From a virus (lineage: Duplodnaviria; Caudoviricetes): DNA of 35,993 bases. The notes beneath the pieces were generated by a model that was not told where the DNA came from, did not search any database, and worked only from the letters and a program-made list of their open reading frames with translations. Shown piece after piece: positions 1-8,325 of the stretch (the first letter of the stretch is position 1; the number at the start of each line of letters is the position of its first letter). The stretch lies in the IMG/VR virus record IMGVR_UViG_3300031452_000013, positions 1 through 35,993 of that record. One strand, written 5' to 3'. A program made the translations under genes and the position numbers.

Positions 1-2
1 GC

Positions 3-197
3 GAGCGCAGTGAGCGGGCCACCAAGACGCGATGTGTTCGTGACCATGCGCTCACCGGCGAGAACCTAATCGTCCGGTTACGGCCGGGTGGTTTGACACG
101 GCGCGAGTGCCGCACTTGCGCCAACACACTCCGGCGTGTCAGCAACAGGCGCTCCGACGTAAAGGCCGCCGAGCGCACCGAGGCGGCGACGGCGTGA
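3..197 (+). CDS. C-terminal end of an HNH-endonuclease-associated Zn-binding protein (5'-truncated by the window)
   Basis: Frame 3 reads ...KTRCVRDHALTGENLIVRLRPGGLTRRECRTC..., matching the KTHCxxGH...EN...RxCRxC tail typical of actinophage HNH proteins. Stop TGA 195-197. Not in the ORF track. Confidence 0.7.
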   Translation, partial: ERSERATKTRCVRDHALTGENLIVRLRPGGLTRRECRTCANTLRRVSNRRSDVKAAERTEAATA

Positions 198-214
198 GTC
201 CGCATGACCCACAT

Positions 215-245
215 AAAAAGCCCCCGGTGCGCGAACACCGAGGGC
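215..245 (-). terminator. Hairpin preceded by A5; intrinsic terminator on the - strand or an RNA element
   Basis: AAAAA-GCCCCCGGTG-CGCGAA-CACCGAGGGC; reads as stem plus U-tract on the - strand. Confidence 0.5.
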
Positions 246-268
246 ACGACCACAAGGGAGAACGGCCC

Positions 269-442
269 GTGATCAACACAGAGAATAACCCACCCACCCA
301 CCAGCCCCGTGAGCATGCTGTCCCGTGTCACCTCTGTGGCTTGCGCGGCACCGGCCGCCGGGTCGAGCCGCGCACGATGACCTGGAACGTCTCCGGGCTT
401 TGCGACCGCCACGAGGCGCAGCGTGCGGAGGTGGCCGCATGA
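269..442 (+). CDS. Small Cys/His-containing hypothetical protein
   Basis: AAGGGAG RBS, GTG start, CxxC...CxxH, ATGA overlap with next gene. Confidence 0.7.
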   Translation: MINTENNPPTHQPREHAVPCHLCGLRGTGRRVEPRTMTWNVSGLCDRHEAQRAEVAA

Positions 443-786
443 GCGCCGCCACGGACGACTTGCGTTTACTGCCCGCCCATGCGGCCGACCTGATTGACCG
501 GGTTGGCTGGACGCAGGGCACCGAGTGTGACGGCGCGGGCCGCGTCTGCCTCACGGGGGCACTCAGGTATTGCAATCCGCAACCTGGCGACTGGCTCATC
601 GCCCGGGAGATTTTCCGCGCCAAGGGGCGCGCGGAGGGCTGGAACGACGCCAGCGAACGCACGTGCAACGAGGTGGTCGAGCTGCTCCGTTCGACCGAGA
701 TCACCGACGCGACCTTCTACATCCCCAAGGCCCAGCAGCAGCCTGCCGCGAACCGGCCAGTCGTGCGAAAGAAGGCCACCACATGA
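439..786 (+). CDS. Conserved actinophage protein (DUF6197-like)
   Basis: AADLIDRVGWTQG...CLTGAL...WND...RT..EVV..LR pattern; coupled ATGA start. Confidence 0.65.
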   Translation: MSAATDDLRLLPAHAADLIDRVGWTQGTECDGAGRVCLTGALRYCNPQPGDWLIAREIFRAKGRAEGWNDASERTCNEVVELLRSTEITDATFYIPKAQQQPAANRPVVRKKATT

Positions 787-1217
787 GCGCCCGCGGCGTC
801 AGTGAGGCCGCCCAAGAGTTGGCGCGGCAGATCGCAGACACAATCTGGTCGACCTACGACGACGAGTTCGGCTACGCCACGGAAAAGCGGGCCAGCAATT
901 CCAGCATCGGGGCCAGAGGATTTCATCCTGACAACATCTGGGCTTTCTGGGGCCAGTTCGACTCACCCAACCAAGCCAAGTTCCTGCGGCACGCAGTGTG
1001 TGCTCAGAGGGCAGGCGAGGCTGGTGCCCGCGAGTTGGCGGACTGGATCTTCTCCGACCATGCCGAAGGCACAGACGGAGGGAACCTATGTGCCGCCGTG
1101 GTGCACCCAGCGACGTTGGGCGATCCCGAGAAGGTGTGCGAGGTGTATGCCGAGCCCGGTTCGGAGTTCTGCACTCGCCACCGGCTGGCCGTAGAAGCGT
1201 TGGCGGCCCAGTTATGA
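783..1217 (+). CDS. Hypothetical protein
   Basis: ATGA overlaps at both ends; MSARGVSEAAQ...; C-terminal Cys/His cluster. Confidence 0.7.
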   Translation: MSARGVSEAAQELARQIADTIWSTYDDEFGYATEKRASNSSIGARGFHPDNIWAFWGQFDSPNQAKFLRHAVCAQRAGEAGARELADWIFSDHAEGTDGGNLCAAVVHPATLGDPEKVCEVYAEPGSEFCTRHRLAVEALAAQL

Positions 1218-1462
1218 GCGCCTACGGCGACGCACAACGGCGTCACCCGTCCCAGTGGCCAGCCACCCCGTGCTCCACCGACTTCACCCACGCCGACGAG
1301 CTCGAAGCGTGGGCCGAGTGGTTCGCCGAGTTTGGCCATGAGGTGGAGATACCGCCTGCGCCCCTTCCGGCGCGCCGGGTCAATGTGCTCACCACCGTGG
1401 CCGTGTGCCTGGTGGTCGAGTCCCTGATCATTCTCGGCATCTTGGCGGTGGTCTACCGATGA
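1214..1462 (+). CDS. Hypothetical protein with C-terminal TM helix
   Basis: Coupled start; ends VLTTVAVCLVVESLIILGILAVVYR. Confidence 0.7.
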   Translation: MSAYGDAQRRHPSQWPATPCSTDFTHADELEAWAEWFAEFGHEVEIPPAPLPARRVNVLTTVAVCLVVESLIILGILAVVYR

Positions 1463-1719
1463 GCGCGCAGGAAGTTCCCAGTGTGACGCAGCAGAACTCG
1501 GACGGGTCGTGGTCTAAGGCCACATCTCTGGGTTGGCAGGGACCGAGCAACCAGGTCGACTGGGAGGTGACCCGGCGGGATGGACGATGGTTCGCCACGG
1601 GGTACATACGGGCAGAGTTGGCTGGTCGCGTAACAGCACGCACGAAGTGGGGTTTGGTGCGCGCCGCGCGACGACTCTGCGGCGACCTCCCCGTGACCTT
1701 CTTGTGGGACCAGCGATGA
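1459..1719 (+). CDS. Hypothetical protein
   Basis: ATGA overlaps on both sides. Confidence 0.65.
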   Translation: MSAQEVPSVTQQNSDGSWSKATSLGWQGPSNQVDWEVTRRDGRWFATGYIRAELAGRVTARTKWGLVRAARRLCGDLPVTFLWDQR

Positions 1720-1862
1720 GCGGCCGCATGATCGAGTACCGCCTCACCTGGCACATCTGGCGTACCCGCCGCCGCGAAGGCGTGCGCCTGTCTTGGGCGA
1801 AAGCGCGGGAGTGCGCAGCTGTCGGCCAGTACCTGGCGCTTGTCTGCGAGGCGGCGATATGA
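1716..1862 (+). CDS. Small hypothetical protein
   Basis: ATGA overlaps on both sides; MSGRMIEYRLTWHIW... Confidence 0.6.
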   Translation: MSGRMIEYRLTWHIWRTRRREGVRLSWAKARECAAVGQYLALVCEAAI

Positions 1863-2032
1863 CCGCCCGGGCGTACCTCGACGGCGACGTGCCCGAGCCG
1901 TCCTCCCTCTGCGACGACTGCGACCGCGAGGCGCTGCCGGGCAACGACCTCTGCGCGGTGCACGCCGACGAGGTGGCCGGGACGGACCACGCCTACGAGG
2001 CGTGGCTTGATCTAAGGCTAGGTGTGCTGTGA
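1859..2032 (+). CDS. Small Zn-finger-like protein
   Basis: GAGG RBS, CxxC...CxxH, coupled. Confidence 0.65.
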   Translation: MTARAYLDGDVPEPSSLCDDCDREALPGNDLCAVHADEVAGTDHAYEAWLDLRLGVL

Positions 2033-2169
2033 TCCCCCTCGAAGCACAGCTGATGGCCGCCATCGACGCGTGGTTGCTGCGACACCCCACGGCGGCCACG
2101 ATCGTCGGCGTCGGCGGTCTGTGGCTGCTCATCTTCCTGTTCTTCGCAGCCATTGTGTTCGGCCGGTGA
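2029..2169 (+). CDS. Small single-TM protein (46 aa)
   Basis: GTGA overlaps at both ends; MIPLEAQLMAAIDAWLLRHPTAATIVGVGGLWLLIFLFFAAIVFGR; below the ORF track cutoff. Confidence 0.65.
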   Translation: MIPLEAQLMAAIDAWLLRHPTAATIVGVGGLWLLIFLFFAAIVFGR

Positions 2170-2402
2170 GCGCGGTGAAGATCCAGTGGGCCACCCGACG
2201 TCTCGACGACGCCTTGTTCTCGAGGATCGTGCGCCTGCCACGCGAGGACGGGCAGTGGTCCGAACCGACGCGCCTCGTCGCGGTGTGCACGTACTGGGGG
2301 GGGCGCATCACGGTCACGCACTGCAGCCACGGCGGGACCGTCACCGAGTCGCTGCCGCCCGAGCTGGCACAGCGCGGCGCCCTGGTCGAGGTGGTGGCAT
2401 GA
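2166..2402 (+). CDS. Hypothetical protein
   Basis: Coupled GTG start MSAVKIQW... Confidence 0.65.
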   Translation: MSAVKIQWATRRLDDALFSRIVRLPREDGQWSEPTRLVAVCTYWGGRITVTHCSHGGTVTESLPPELAQRGALVEVVA

Positions 2403-2695
2403 CTCCTCTGCCCCGCACCGCCCGTTGCCGCTCGTGCTCCGAGCCGATCATGTTCGTCATCGGCCCCAAGGGCACGCACCTGCCCGTCGAGGTGCGCCCG
2501 TCTGCCAGCGGCAATGTCGTCCTGGCCTACGACGGCAAGCACTGGAACGCGGGGGTGCTCACACGCGGCCAGGCGGCCGGTGCTCGCGCGGATGGGCAAA
2601 ACACCTACCTCTCTCACTTCGCTACCTGCCGTGCGGCCGAGGCCCACCGCAAGCGGGTGCAGCGCGCCGCCATTCGATCGAGGAGTAAGCGATGA
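2399..2695 (+). CDS. Conserved phage Zn-binding protein
   Basis: CRSC..PI.F...G..LPV...YLSHFATC pattern; GAGGTGG RBS. Confidence 0.75.
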   Translation: MTPLPRTARCRSCSEPIMFVIGPKGTHLPVEVRPSASGNVVLAYDGKHWNAGVLTRGQAAGARADGQNTYLSHFATCRAAEAHRKRVQRAAIRSRSKR

Positions 2696-2841
2696 CGAGT
2701 CCAATCGAGCCGAGCGCTGACCTACGGCAAATGGCGTCCGCGATGCGCCAGGCCTACATCGCATTGACGAGCGAGGGCTTCACCGAGCAGCAGGCACTCA
2801 TCATCATCGGTCAGATTATCGCCGGTGGTGGTTCCAAGTGA
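2692..2841 (+). CDS. Small helical hypothetical protein (49 aa)
   Basis: GAGGAG RBS; MTSPIEPSADLRQMASAMRQAYIALTSEGFTEQQALIIIGQIIAGGGSK; coupled on both sides. Confidence 0.75.
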   Translation: MTSPIEPSADLRQMASAMRQAYIALTSEGFTEQQALIIIGQIIAGGGSK

Positions 2842-3137
2842 CCGCGCCCCGGGTGTTCGCTCAGCTCGATGCCGACTGGTACTCATGGACCTTCGACCAC
2901 TGCCTCTTCTGCGGTGAGCCCGCCACGGTCCACGGCTTCGTGCGCCTCTTCGAGCCCGTGCTGGGGGTGGGCGTCCTACGCCACCGCACTACGTGGGTCC
3001 GTGCCGGGTGGTGCGAGGACGAAGAGTGCGCCGCTGACCGCATGGACACCACCTACCTGCCTCGCGAACGTGCTGAGGAGATCGCAGCCAACCTCGCCGC
3101 CGCCGTGCACCGGGCCGAGCGGGAGGCACGCGGATGA
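2838..3137 (+). CDS. Hypothetical Cys-containing protein
   Basis: CxxC...CxxxxC; coupled. Confidence 0.7.
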   Translation: MTAPRVFAQLDADWYSWTFDHCLFCGEPATVHGFVRLFEPVLGVGVLRHRTTWVRAGWCEDEECAADRMDTTYLPRERAEEIAANLAAAVHRAEREARG

Positions 3138-3391
3138 GCGCGCCGACGCTACTGCCGACCGACCGCCGTGAGCGCGGTGCACTGTGCGAGAACAGCGCTC
3201 AGCGCGGCCTGGAAGCCGTCACCATGGTGCGCGACGAAGATCCGGCCTCGGTGTGGCGGTGGCTGGACACCTTCTCCCGTACCGAGCTGCACGTCATGTG
3301 CATCGCCCTGGCCGCGATGATCTCCGACCAGTCCAACCCGCGCGAGCTGCTCGGCTGGACCTACAGGCTCGTGGACGGGGCGCCGTCATGA
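3134..3391 (+). CDS. Conserved actinophage hypothetical protein
   Basis: GGAGG RBS; VRDEDP..VWRWL...LAAM...ELLGWT. Confidence 0.75.
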   Translation: MSAPTLLPTDRRERGALCENSAQRGLEAVTMVRDEDPASVWRWLDTFSRTELHVMCIALAAMISDQSNPRELLGWTYRLVDGAPS

Positions 3392-3669
3392 TCGCCGACT
3401 TCGGGATTCCTCCAGCCTGCGAGGGTGGCGTGTCCGGGCACTGCGGTGTCGGCCACCACGGGCAGTGCGCTCACCGGCTCGGCGGCCTCCAGCAGCGCGG
3501 TTCGTGGGCGCCGGAGTGCTACGTGAGCATCGGCCTCAACGGCGGTGTGCCCCCGTCGCTGCCGATGGTGGTGCGTCCGTCGCACGTGTGGCGCTGCCCG
3601 TGCGACTGCCACCGCGACACCGAGCCGACCGACCTGCTCGAGCTGCTGTCGCTGGGTGGTGCCGCATGA
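3388..3669 (+). CDS. Cys/His-rich hypothetical protein
   Basis: C...HC..GHH.QC...WRCPCDCH; coupled. Confidence 0.7.
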   Translation: MIADFGIPPACEGGVSGHCGVGHHGQCAHRLGGLQQRGSWAPECYVSIGLNGGVPPSLPMVVRPSHVWRCPCDCHRDTEPTDLLELLSLGGAA

Positions 3670-3872
3670 CTGCCCGTCGACACCCCTGCCCGGGGGGCTG
3701 CGGGCGCATGCCGCTCGTCCGCACCGTCCTCTGCGCCGACTGCCGTGCCACGCTGCCCGCCGAGCTGCGACGCGGCATCGAAGCCACCGCGGGCAAGCCG
3801 GCCGGATCGTCCTCACGGCGCGCGGCATCCAGGACTGCCGTTGAGTTTCTGCAACGAAGGCGAGTGTCGTGA
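3666..3872 (+). CDS. Small Zn-finger-like protein
   Basis: CPGGC...LCADC..LP.ELR; coupled. Confidence 0.7.
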   Translation: MTARRHPCPGGCGRMPLVRTVLCADCRATLPAELRRGIEATAGKPAGSSSRRAASRTAVEFLQRRRVS

Positions 3873-4132
3873 CCACCACCGAAGTCGTGATCGAGCCCGA
3901 CGTCGACGGCTGGGCGATGGCGGCCCTGGACTTCCAGCCACCATGTGATGTGGGGCGCGGCGGCGGGCCTCACCCAGTATGCGAACGGTCCGCCGTGTGG
4001 GTGCCCTTCCTGTGGTGTCAGCTGCACAAAGTGCAAATGATGGCCTCCCTCACCTCTTTCGTCCGTGTCCAATGCGCGCACTGCGCCGCACCCATTCCCG
4101 CGACAAGCATCTCCTGGCAGCGCCTCCGATGA
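3869..4132 (+). CDS. Zn-finger-like protein, paralog of the next gene
   Basis: LDFQPPCD...C..SAVW...CQLH...CAHC...WQRLR. Confidence 0.7.
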   Translation: MTTTEVVIEPDVDGWAMAALDFQPPCDVGRGGGPHPVCERSAVWVPFLWCQLHKVQMMASLTSFVRVQCAHCAAPIPATSISWQRLR

Positions 4133-4392
4133 GCACCATGACCGAGGGCGCCGTCGACGCGCTGGAGCTGGACTTCGAGCCGGTGTGTGACTACTGCAGA
4201 CCCGTTCTTTGCGATACGGCAGCTACGTGGGCGCTGCGGTTCGACCCGCCACCTTGTGAACACCACGCTCACGTATGGCTGAGCTGCGACGGGCACATGC
4301 GGATACGCGTCCGGCTGTTGGCCGAGGGTGTCATGTGCTCGGAGTGTTGGAAGCACTTGCCTCGTGCCGGGCACTGGAGGTCGCTGAGATGA
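4129..4392 (+). CDS. Zn-finger-like protein, paralog of the previous gene
   Basis: LDFEPVCD...C..AATW...CDGH...CSEC...WRSLR. Confidence 0.7.
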   Translation: MSTMTEGAVDALELDFEPVCDYCRPVLCDTAATWALRFDPPPCEHHAHVWLSCDGHMRIRVRLLAEGVMCSECWKHLPRAGHWRSLR

Positions 4393-5489
4393 CCACGCCG
4401 GAGATGCTCACCCTGCCCGAGCTGGCCGAGCACCTGGGGTGCTCGGTGCGAACTCTCCATCGCCGCCGTACCGCAGCCGGGCCAGGCGCGCCGCACGGCA
4501 CCCGCATGGGCCGGCGCCTGCACTTCCCCCGCACCGCAGTCGAATCGTGGGCAGGTGAGCATCTGGTAAGCACCCGCGCACGTTCGGACGGATTTACCGG
4601 GGTGCTGCTCGATCACGTCGTCGAGCCGGGATCGCCGGAGTGGCTCACGAGGATGAGCGCCAGCAAGATCGCCGCTGTTGTCGGCCTCAGCCCGTATGAG
4701 TCGCGCTTCTCGCTCTGGCACCACATGGCCGGGCTTACCGCACCCGTTGACGAGTCCGACGAGATGCGCCGCGGGCACTACCTCGAGCCAGCCATCGCCG
4801 CGTGGTTCGCCGACCAGCACCCGACGTGGCGCGTCGAGACCACCGGCACGTGGGTGGCCGCGAATGACGACTGGTGCTCGGCCAGCCCCGACCGGCTCGT
4901 GGTCCGCGAGGACGGCACTGTGGTGCTCCTCCAGTGCAAGTCCGACGCCGACGCCGAGGCCTGGGGACCGGCCGGGACGGAGGAGATCCCGCCGGGATAT
5001 CTCGCTCAAGTGATGTGGGAAATGCTCGTCACCGGCGCCCGTGAGTGCCACGTCGCCGTGCTGCTGTCCTACCTCAGCTTCCGTGAATACCTGATCCAGT
5101 TCGACCAGGCCGAGGCTGAGCAGCTCGTCACCGCGGCGGCCGAGTTCATGGCGTCACTACCCAACGGATCCGCACCACGACGACCGAGCCTTGACGAGCA
5201 CTCCGCCACCTACCAAGCGGTCCGTGAGCTGCACCCCGACATCGACGGTTCCGACGCACCGATCACCGCCGAGCTCGCCGCCGAGTACCTCGCCTCAAAG
5301 GCGGACGAGAAAGCGGCCAAGGCGCGAGCCCAAGCCGCCACCACCGCTGTGCTCGACGCCATGGGAACCGCCAAGACCGCCATCGACGCAGACGGGTGCA
5401 AGGTCGCCATCCGCGTCCCCGGCCGCGGCGACAACCCGCCAAGCCTCCGAGCGTGCAAGAAATCCACCACCAACCAGAAAGCCGCGTGA
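4389..5489 (+). CDS. YqaJ/RecE-like exonuclease with N-terminal excisionase-like (HTH_17/AlpA) domain
   Basis: GGAGG RBS; N-term MLTLPELAEHLGCSVRTL...RMGRRLHFPR.AVESW; then GSPEWL..MSASKIAAVVGLSPY, RGHYLEP, ASPDRL, LQCKS, YLAQVMWEM; adjacent to recT. Confidence 0.9.
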   Translation: MTTPEMLTLPELAEHLGCSVRTLHRRRTAAGPGAPHGTRMGRRLHFPRTAVESWAGEHLVSTRARSDGFTGVLLDHVVEPGSPEWLTRMSASKIAAVVGLSPYESRFSLWHHMAGLTAPVDESDEMRRGHYLEPAIAAWFADQHPTWRVETTGTWVAANDDWCSASPDRLVVREDGTVVLLQCKSDADAEAWGPAGTEEIPPGYLAQVMWEMLVTGARECHVAVLLSYLSFREYLIQFDQAEAEQLVTAAAEFMASLPNGSAPRRPSLDEHSATYQAVRELHPDIDGSDAPITAELAAEYLASKADEKAAKARAQAATTAVLDAMGTAKTAIDADGCKVAIRVPGRGDNPPSLRACKKSTTNQKAA

Positions 5490-6379
5490 TCCCCTTGACC
5501 ACCACCACCCAAGCCATTGCCCAGCAGGACAACTCCCCGCGGGCCATGGTCGCCCAGTACCGCAGCGATTTCGCCGCCGTGCTGCCCAGCCACGTCAAGC
5601 CCGACACCTGGGTCCGACTCGCGCAAGGCGCGCTGAAGAAGGGCAAGCGGGTCGGCGGACGCTACGAGCTGGAGGTGGCCGCCGCCAACAACCCCGGCGC
5701 GTTCATGGCTGCGCTGCTCGAAGCCGCGCGCCTCGGGTTGGAGCCGGGCACCCCCGAGTTCTACCTGACCCCGCGCAAGGAGAAGGGGCAGCTGCAGATC
5801 CTCGGCATCGTCGGATATACCGGGCTGATCGAGCTGATGTATAGAGCCGGTGCCATCTCCAGCGTCGTCGCCGAGTGCGTCTACCAGCACGACCAGTTCA
5901 ACTTCCAGCCCGGCCACGACGAGACTCCCGACCACGTAATCGACTGGGACGCCGACGACCGCGGGCCGCTGCGCCTGGTCTACGCCTTCGCCCGCATGCG
6001 CGATGGCGCCACCAGCAAGGTCGTCGTGCTCAACCGCGCCGCGATCGCCACCATCAAGCAGTCATCCGCCGGCGCGGACTACTCCAGCTCACCGTGGCAA
6101 ACCAACGAGCCCAGTATGTGGTTGAAATCCGCCGTGCGTCAGCTCGCCAAGTGGGTACCGACGTCCGCTGAACACCTTCGCGAGCAACTCCGCGCGGTCC
6201 GCGATGTGCAGAACGAGCAACCCGCACCAGCGCAGGCCGAGGCGATGAGCGCACCACAGATCACCGACGTGAGCCACCTTTCCGAGGTCGACCCTGACTA
6301 CCTCGAGGGTGAGCTCGTCGACCAACCGATGCACCCCGACGACATCGCCGCCAACGCGGCCGCCAGCAAGGAGGGCTGA
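5486..6379 (+). CDS. recT: RecT-family ssDNA annealing protein
   Basis: LLEAARLGLEPG...YLTP...GYTGLIELMYRAG...SPW...MWLKSAVRQLAKWVPTS; acidic tail; follows YqaJ. Confidence 0.93.
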   Translation: MIPLTTTTQAIAQQDNSPRAMVAQYRSDFAAVLPSHVKPDTWVRLAQGALKKGKRVGGRYELEVAAANNPGAFMAALLEAARLGLEPGTPEFYLTPRKEKGQLQILGIVGYTGLIELMYRAGAISSVVAECVYQHDQFNFQPGHDETPDHVIDWDADDRGPLRLVYAFARMRDGATSKVVVLNRAAIATIKQSSAGADYSSSPWQTNEPSMWLKSAVRQLAKWVPTSAEHLREQLRAVRDVQNEQPAPAQAEAMSAPQITDVSHLSEVDPDYLEGELVDQPMHPDDIAANAAASKEG

Positions 6380-6384
6380 CCGTA

Positions 6385-6603
6385 ATGAACCTGCCCTATC
6401 AAATCACCGCACGCTTGCCCATCGGCGCGGGCGCGGGCGTTGTCGAACTTCGCGCCCACTCCTCGATCTTCGGCCCGTCTGAACTCAAACAGACGCTGGC
6501 TGCCCACGCCGCACGCCAGCTAGCCAGCGACCTGTTGGCCGCGGCAGAGCTCGTCGACGCCCACACCGCAACCGACGACCCCGAGCAGGAGAACCTGTCA
6601 TGA
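6385..6603 (+). CDS. Hypothetical protein
   Basis: AGGAGG upstream; ATGA overlap with next gene. Confidence 0.65.
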   Translation: MNLPYQITARLPIGAGAGVVELRAHSSIFGPSELKQTLAAHAARQLASDLLAAAELVDAHTATDDPEQENLS

Positions 6604-6944
6604 CCGAACCACTGATCGAAGCCTCCCGCGTCAAGTTCGCCGGCATGTCCTCCGACAGCCTCGAAGATCCGCCGAAGCTCGACGAAGCCCGCACCTACAC
6701 CGTCCAGGCCACCTGCACCGCCATCACCAGGGAGCGAATGAAGGACGGCGAGATGCGCCTGGTGGCCAAGATGCAGGTCGACGAACTCTGGGAAGGCACC
6801 GGCCCGAAACCGGCCGCCGAGTCCGCGCCCGGCCTGTTCGACGAGAGCGACGACGGCAGCTGGGACGAGGACGACACCAGCCACGACACCACGGGCCCAT
6901 TGCCGCTCAAGTCTGTGGCCGATCCGTTCGGCGGCAAGGGATGA
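6600..6944 (+). CDS. Hypothetical protein with acidic C-terminal tail
   Basis: AGGAG RBS; coupled. Confidence 0.75.
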   Translation: MTEPLIEASRVKFAGMSSDSLEDPPKLDEARTYTVQATCTAITRERMKDGEMRLVAKMQVDELWEGTGPKPAAESAPGLFDESDDGSWDEDDTSHDTTGPLPLKSVADPFGGKG

Positions 6945-7486
6945 GTGATTGGACAGTGGAGGATGCACGACAGGCAGCGGCGAGGGAGCTACGTCGATAC
7001 GCCGATACGCTGTGCCCGCCTGACCCGCCCGAGACGATGGAGTCCCTGCGCGAGGCGGTGGACGCGGAGCACGCCGCATGGCTGAGCGCAGAGAACGCGC
7101 TGCATGAGGCCAACGAGACGGTGGAGTCCCTACGGGCCGAGCGGGATGAGGCGCTGGCCGAGATGGAAGAGGTCGGAGCTGTTTGGCGGCAAGAGCAGAT
7201 CATGCACCAGAAAGCGTGGGCCACGATCCGCAACCTGCAAGCCGAGGTGGCCCGTCTTCGTGACACACACGTTGAGGCTGAGGCTGCAAGGGGAAGGTGC
7301 AAGCCGGATCGCGTTTGGCACCGCAACGACCCCGAGCCCGATGGCGTCAATCGCGTGACCGACATCGACGGCGACGAGTGGGGCAAGGCTAACGGTAAGT
7401 GGCGCCACCCCCATGCAGGCCCGTCTCGCGCATGGGCCAATCTGATCGTCGCCTACGGGCCTTTGACCGAGGTTATCTCGCGATGA
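6941..7486 (+). CDS. Coiled-coil hypothetical protein
   Basis: Heptad-rich middle; C-terminal DIDGDEW...W..L...YGPLTEV motif seen in actinophage proteins. Confidence 0.7.
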   Translation: MSDWTVEDARQAAARELRRYADTLCPPDPPETMESLREAVDAEHAAWLSAENALHEANETVESLRAERDEALAEMEEVGAVWRQEQIMHQKAWATIRNLQAEVARLRDTHVEAEAARGRCKPDRVWHRNDPEPDGVNRVTDIDGDEWGKANGKWRHPHAGPSRAWANLIVAYGPLTEVISR

Positions 7487-7698
7487 GGGCTGACGCCGTG
7501 CGATCCATCCGCCCTGGGGCTCTGTGCGCTCACTGCCTGGACCCCGTCGAGCACCACGGCCGGGTACCGAACGGCACGCCACGTAGAGCCGCAGCCATGT
7601 GCACCGGCACAGAGGGGCAGCAGGTGGCGAGCGAGAAGCGACAGGCGTGTCCCTGCACCGGGTTCATGGTCGGCGGAGAGGAGCTGCTCGATGCCTGA
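7483..7698 (+). CDS. Small Cys/His-rich protein
   Basis: CAHC...HH...C...CPCTGF; coupled. Confidence 0.65.
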   Translation: MRADAVRSIRPGALCAHCLDPVEHHGRVPNGTPRRAAAMCTGTEGQQVASEKRQACPCTGFMVGGEELLDA

Positions 7699-7731
7699 GT
7701 ACTCCCACGGTGCAACGCCAGCGGTGGACCA

Positions 7732-8325
7732 ATGACGCTGACCAAGCGCATTCGCTACGAGGTGCTGCGCCGAGACAACTTCGCGTGCCGGTACTGCGGC
7801 GCGAAAGCGCCCGACGTTGTCCTCACGGTCGATCACGTAGTGCCGGTAGCACTCGGCGGCTCCGACGACCCCGGCAACCTGGTTACTGCGTGCGGGCCGT
7901 GCAACAGCGGTAAGACATCAACCCAGCCTGATGCTCCACTGGTGGCCGACGTAGCGCAGGACGCGCTTCGATGGGCTGCAGCGATGACCCAGGCGGCCGA
8001 GATTGAGCGGCGGTCAAGGGCAGAAGACAACGAGTTCTTCGGCGCGTTCATCGACATGATCTGCGAGACCGTCCGAATGCCGGGACATGCCGTCCCTGAT
8101 TTCGTCCCAGAAGACGGCCAGGAGATGCGGCGCACCGTCCGCCAGTTCCAGCGACTCGGCCTCGATCTAGACGATCTGACGTTCTCATTCCGCAGGGCTT
8201 CCAGCAACGCTCGGCTCAGCGAGGACCACGTGTGGCGCTACTTCTGTGACGTTACGTGGCGACTTCTAGAGGGCCGCCAGCAAGCCGCCCGAGCATTGAT
8301 CGACAGCGACCCGGAGGGGAGCTAA
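7732..8325 (+). CDS. HNH endonuclease
   Basis: RYEVLRRDNFACRYCG...VDHVVPVALGGSDDPGNLVTACGPCNSGK. Confidence 0.92.
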   Translation: MTLTKRIRYEVLRRDNFACRYCGAKAPDVVLTVDHVVPVALGGSDDPGNLVTACGPCNSGKTSTQPDAPLVADVAQDALRWAAAMTQAAEIERRSRAEDNEFFGAFIDMICETVRMPGHAVPDFVPEDGQEMRRTVRQFQRLGLDLDDLTFSFRRASSNARLSEDHVWRYFCDVTWRLLEGRQQAARALIDSDPEGS

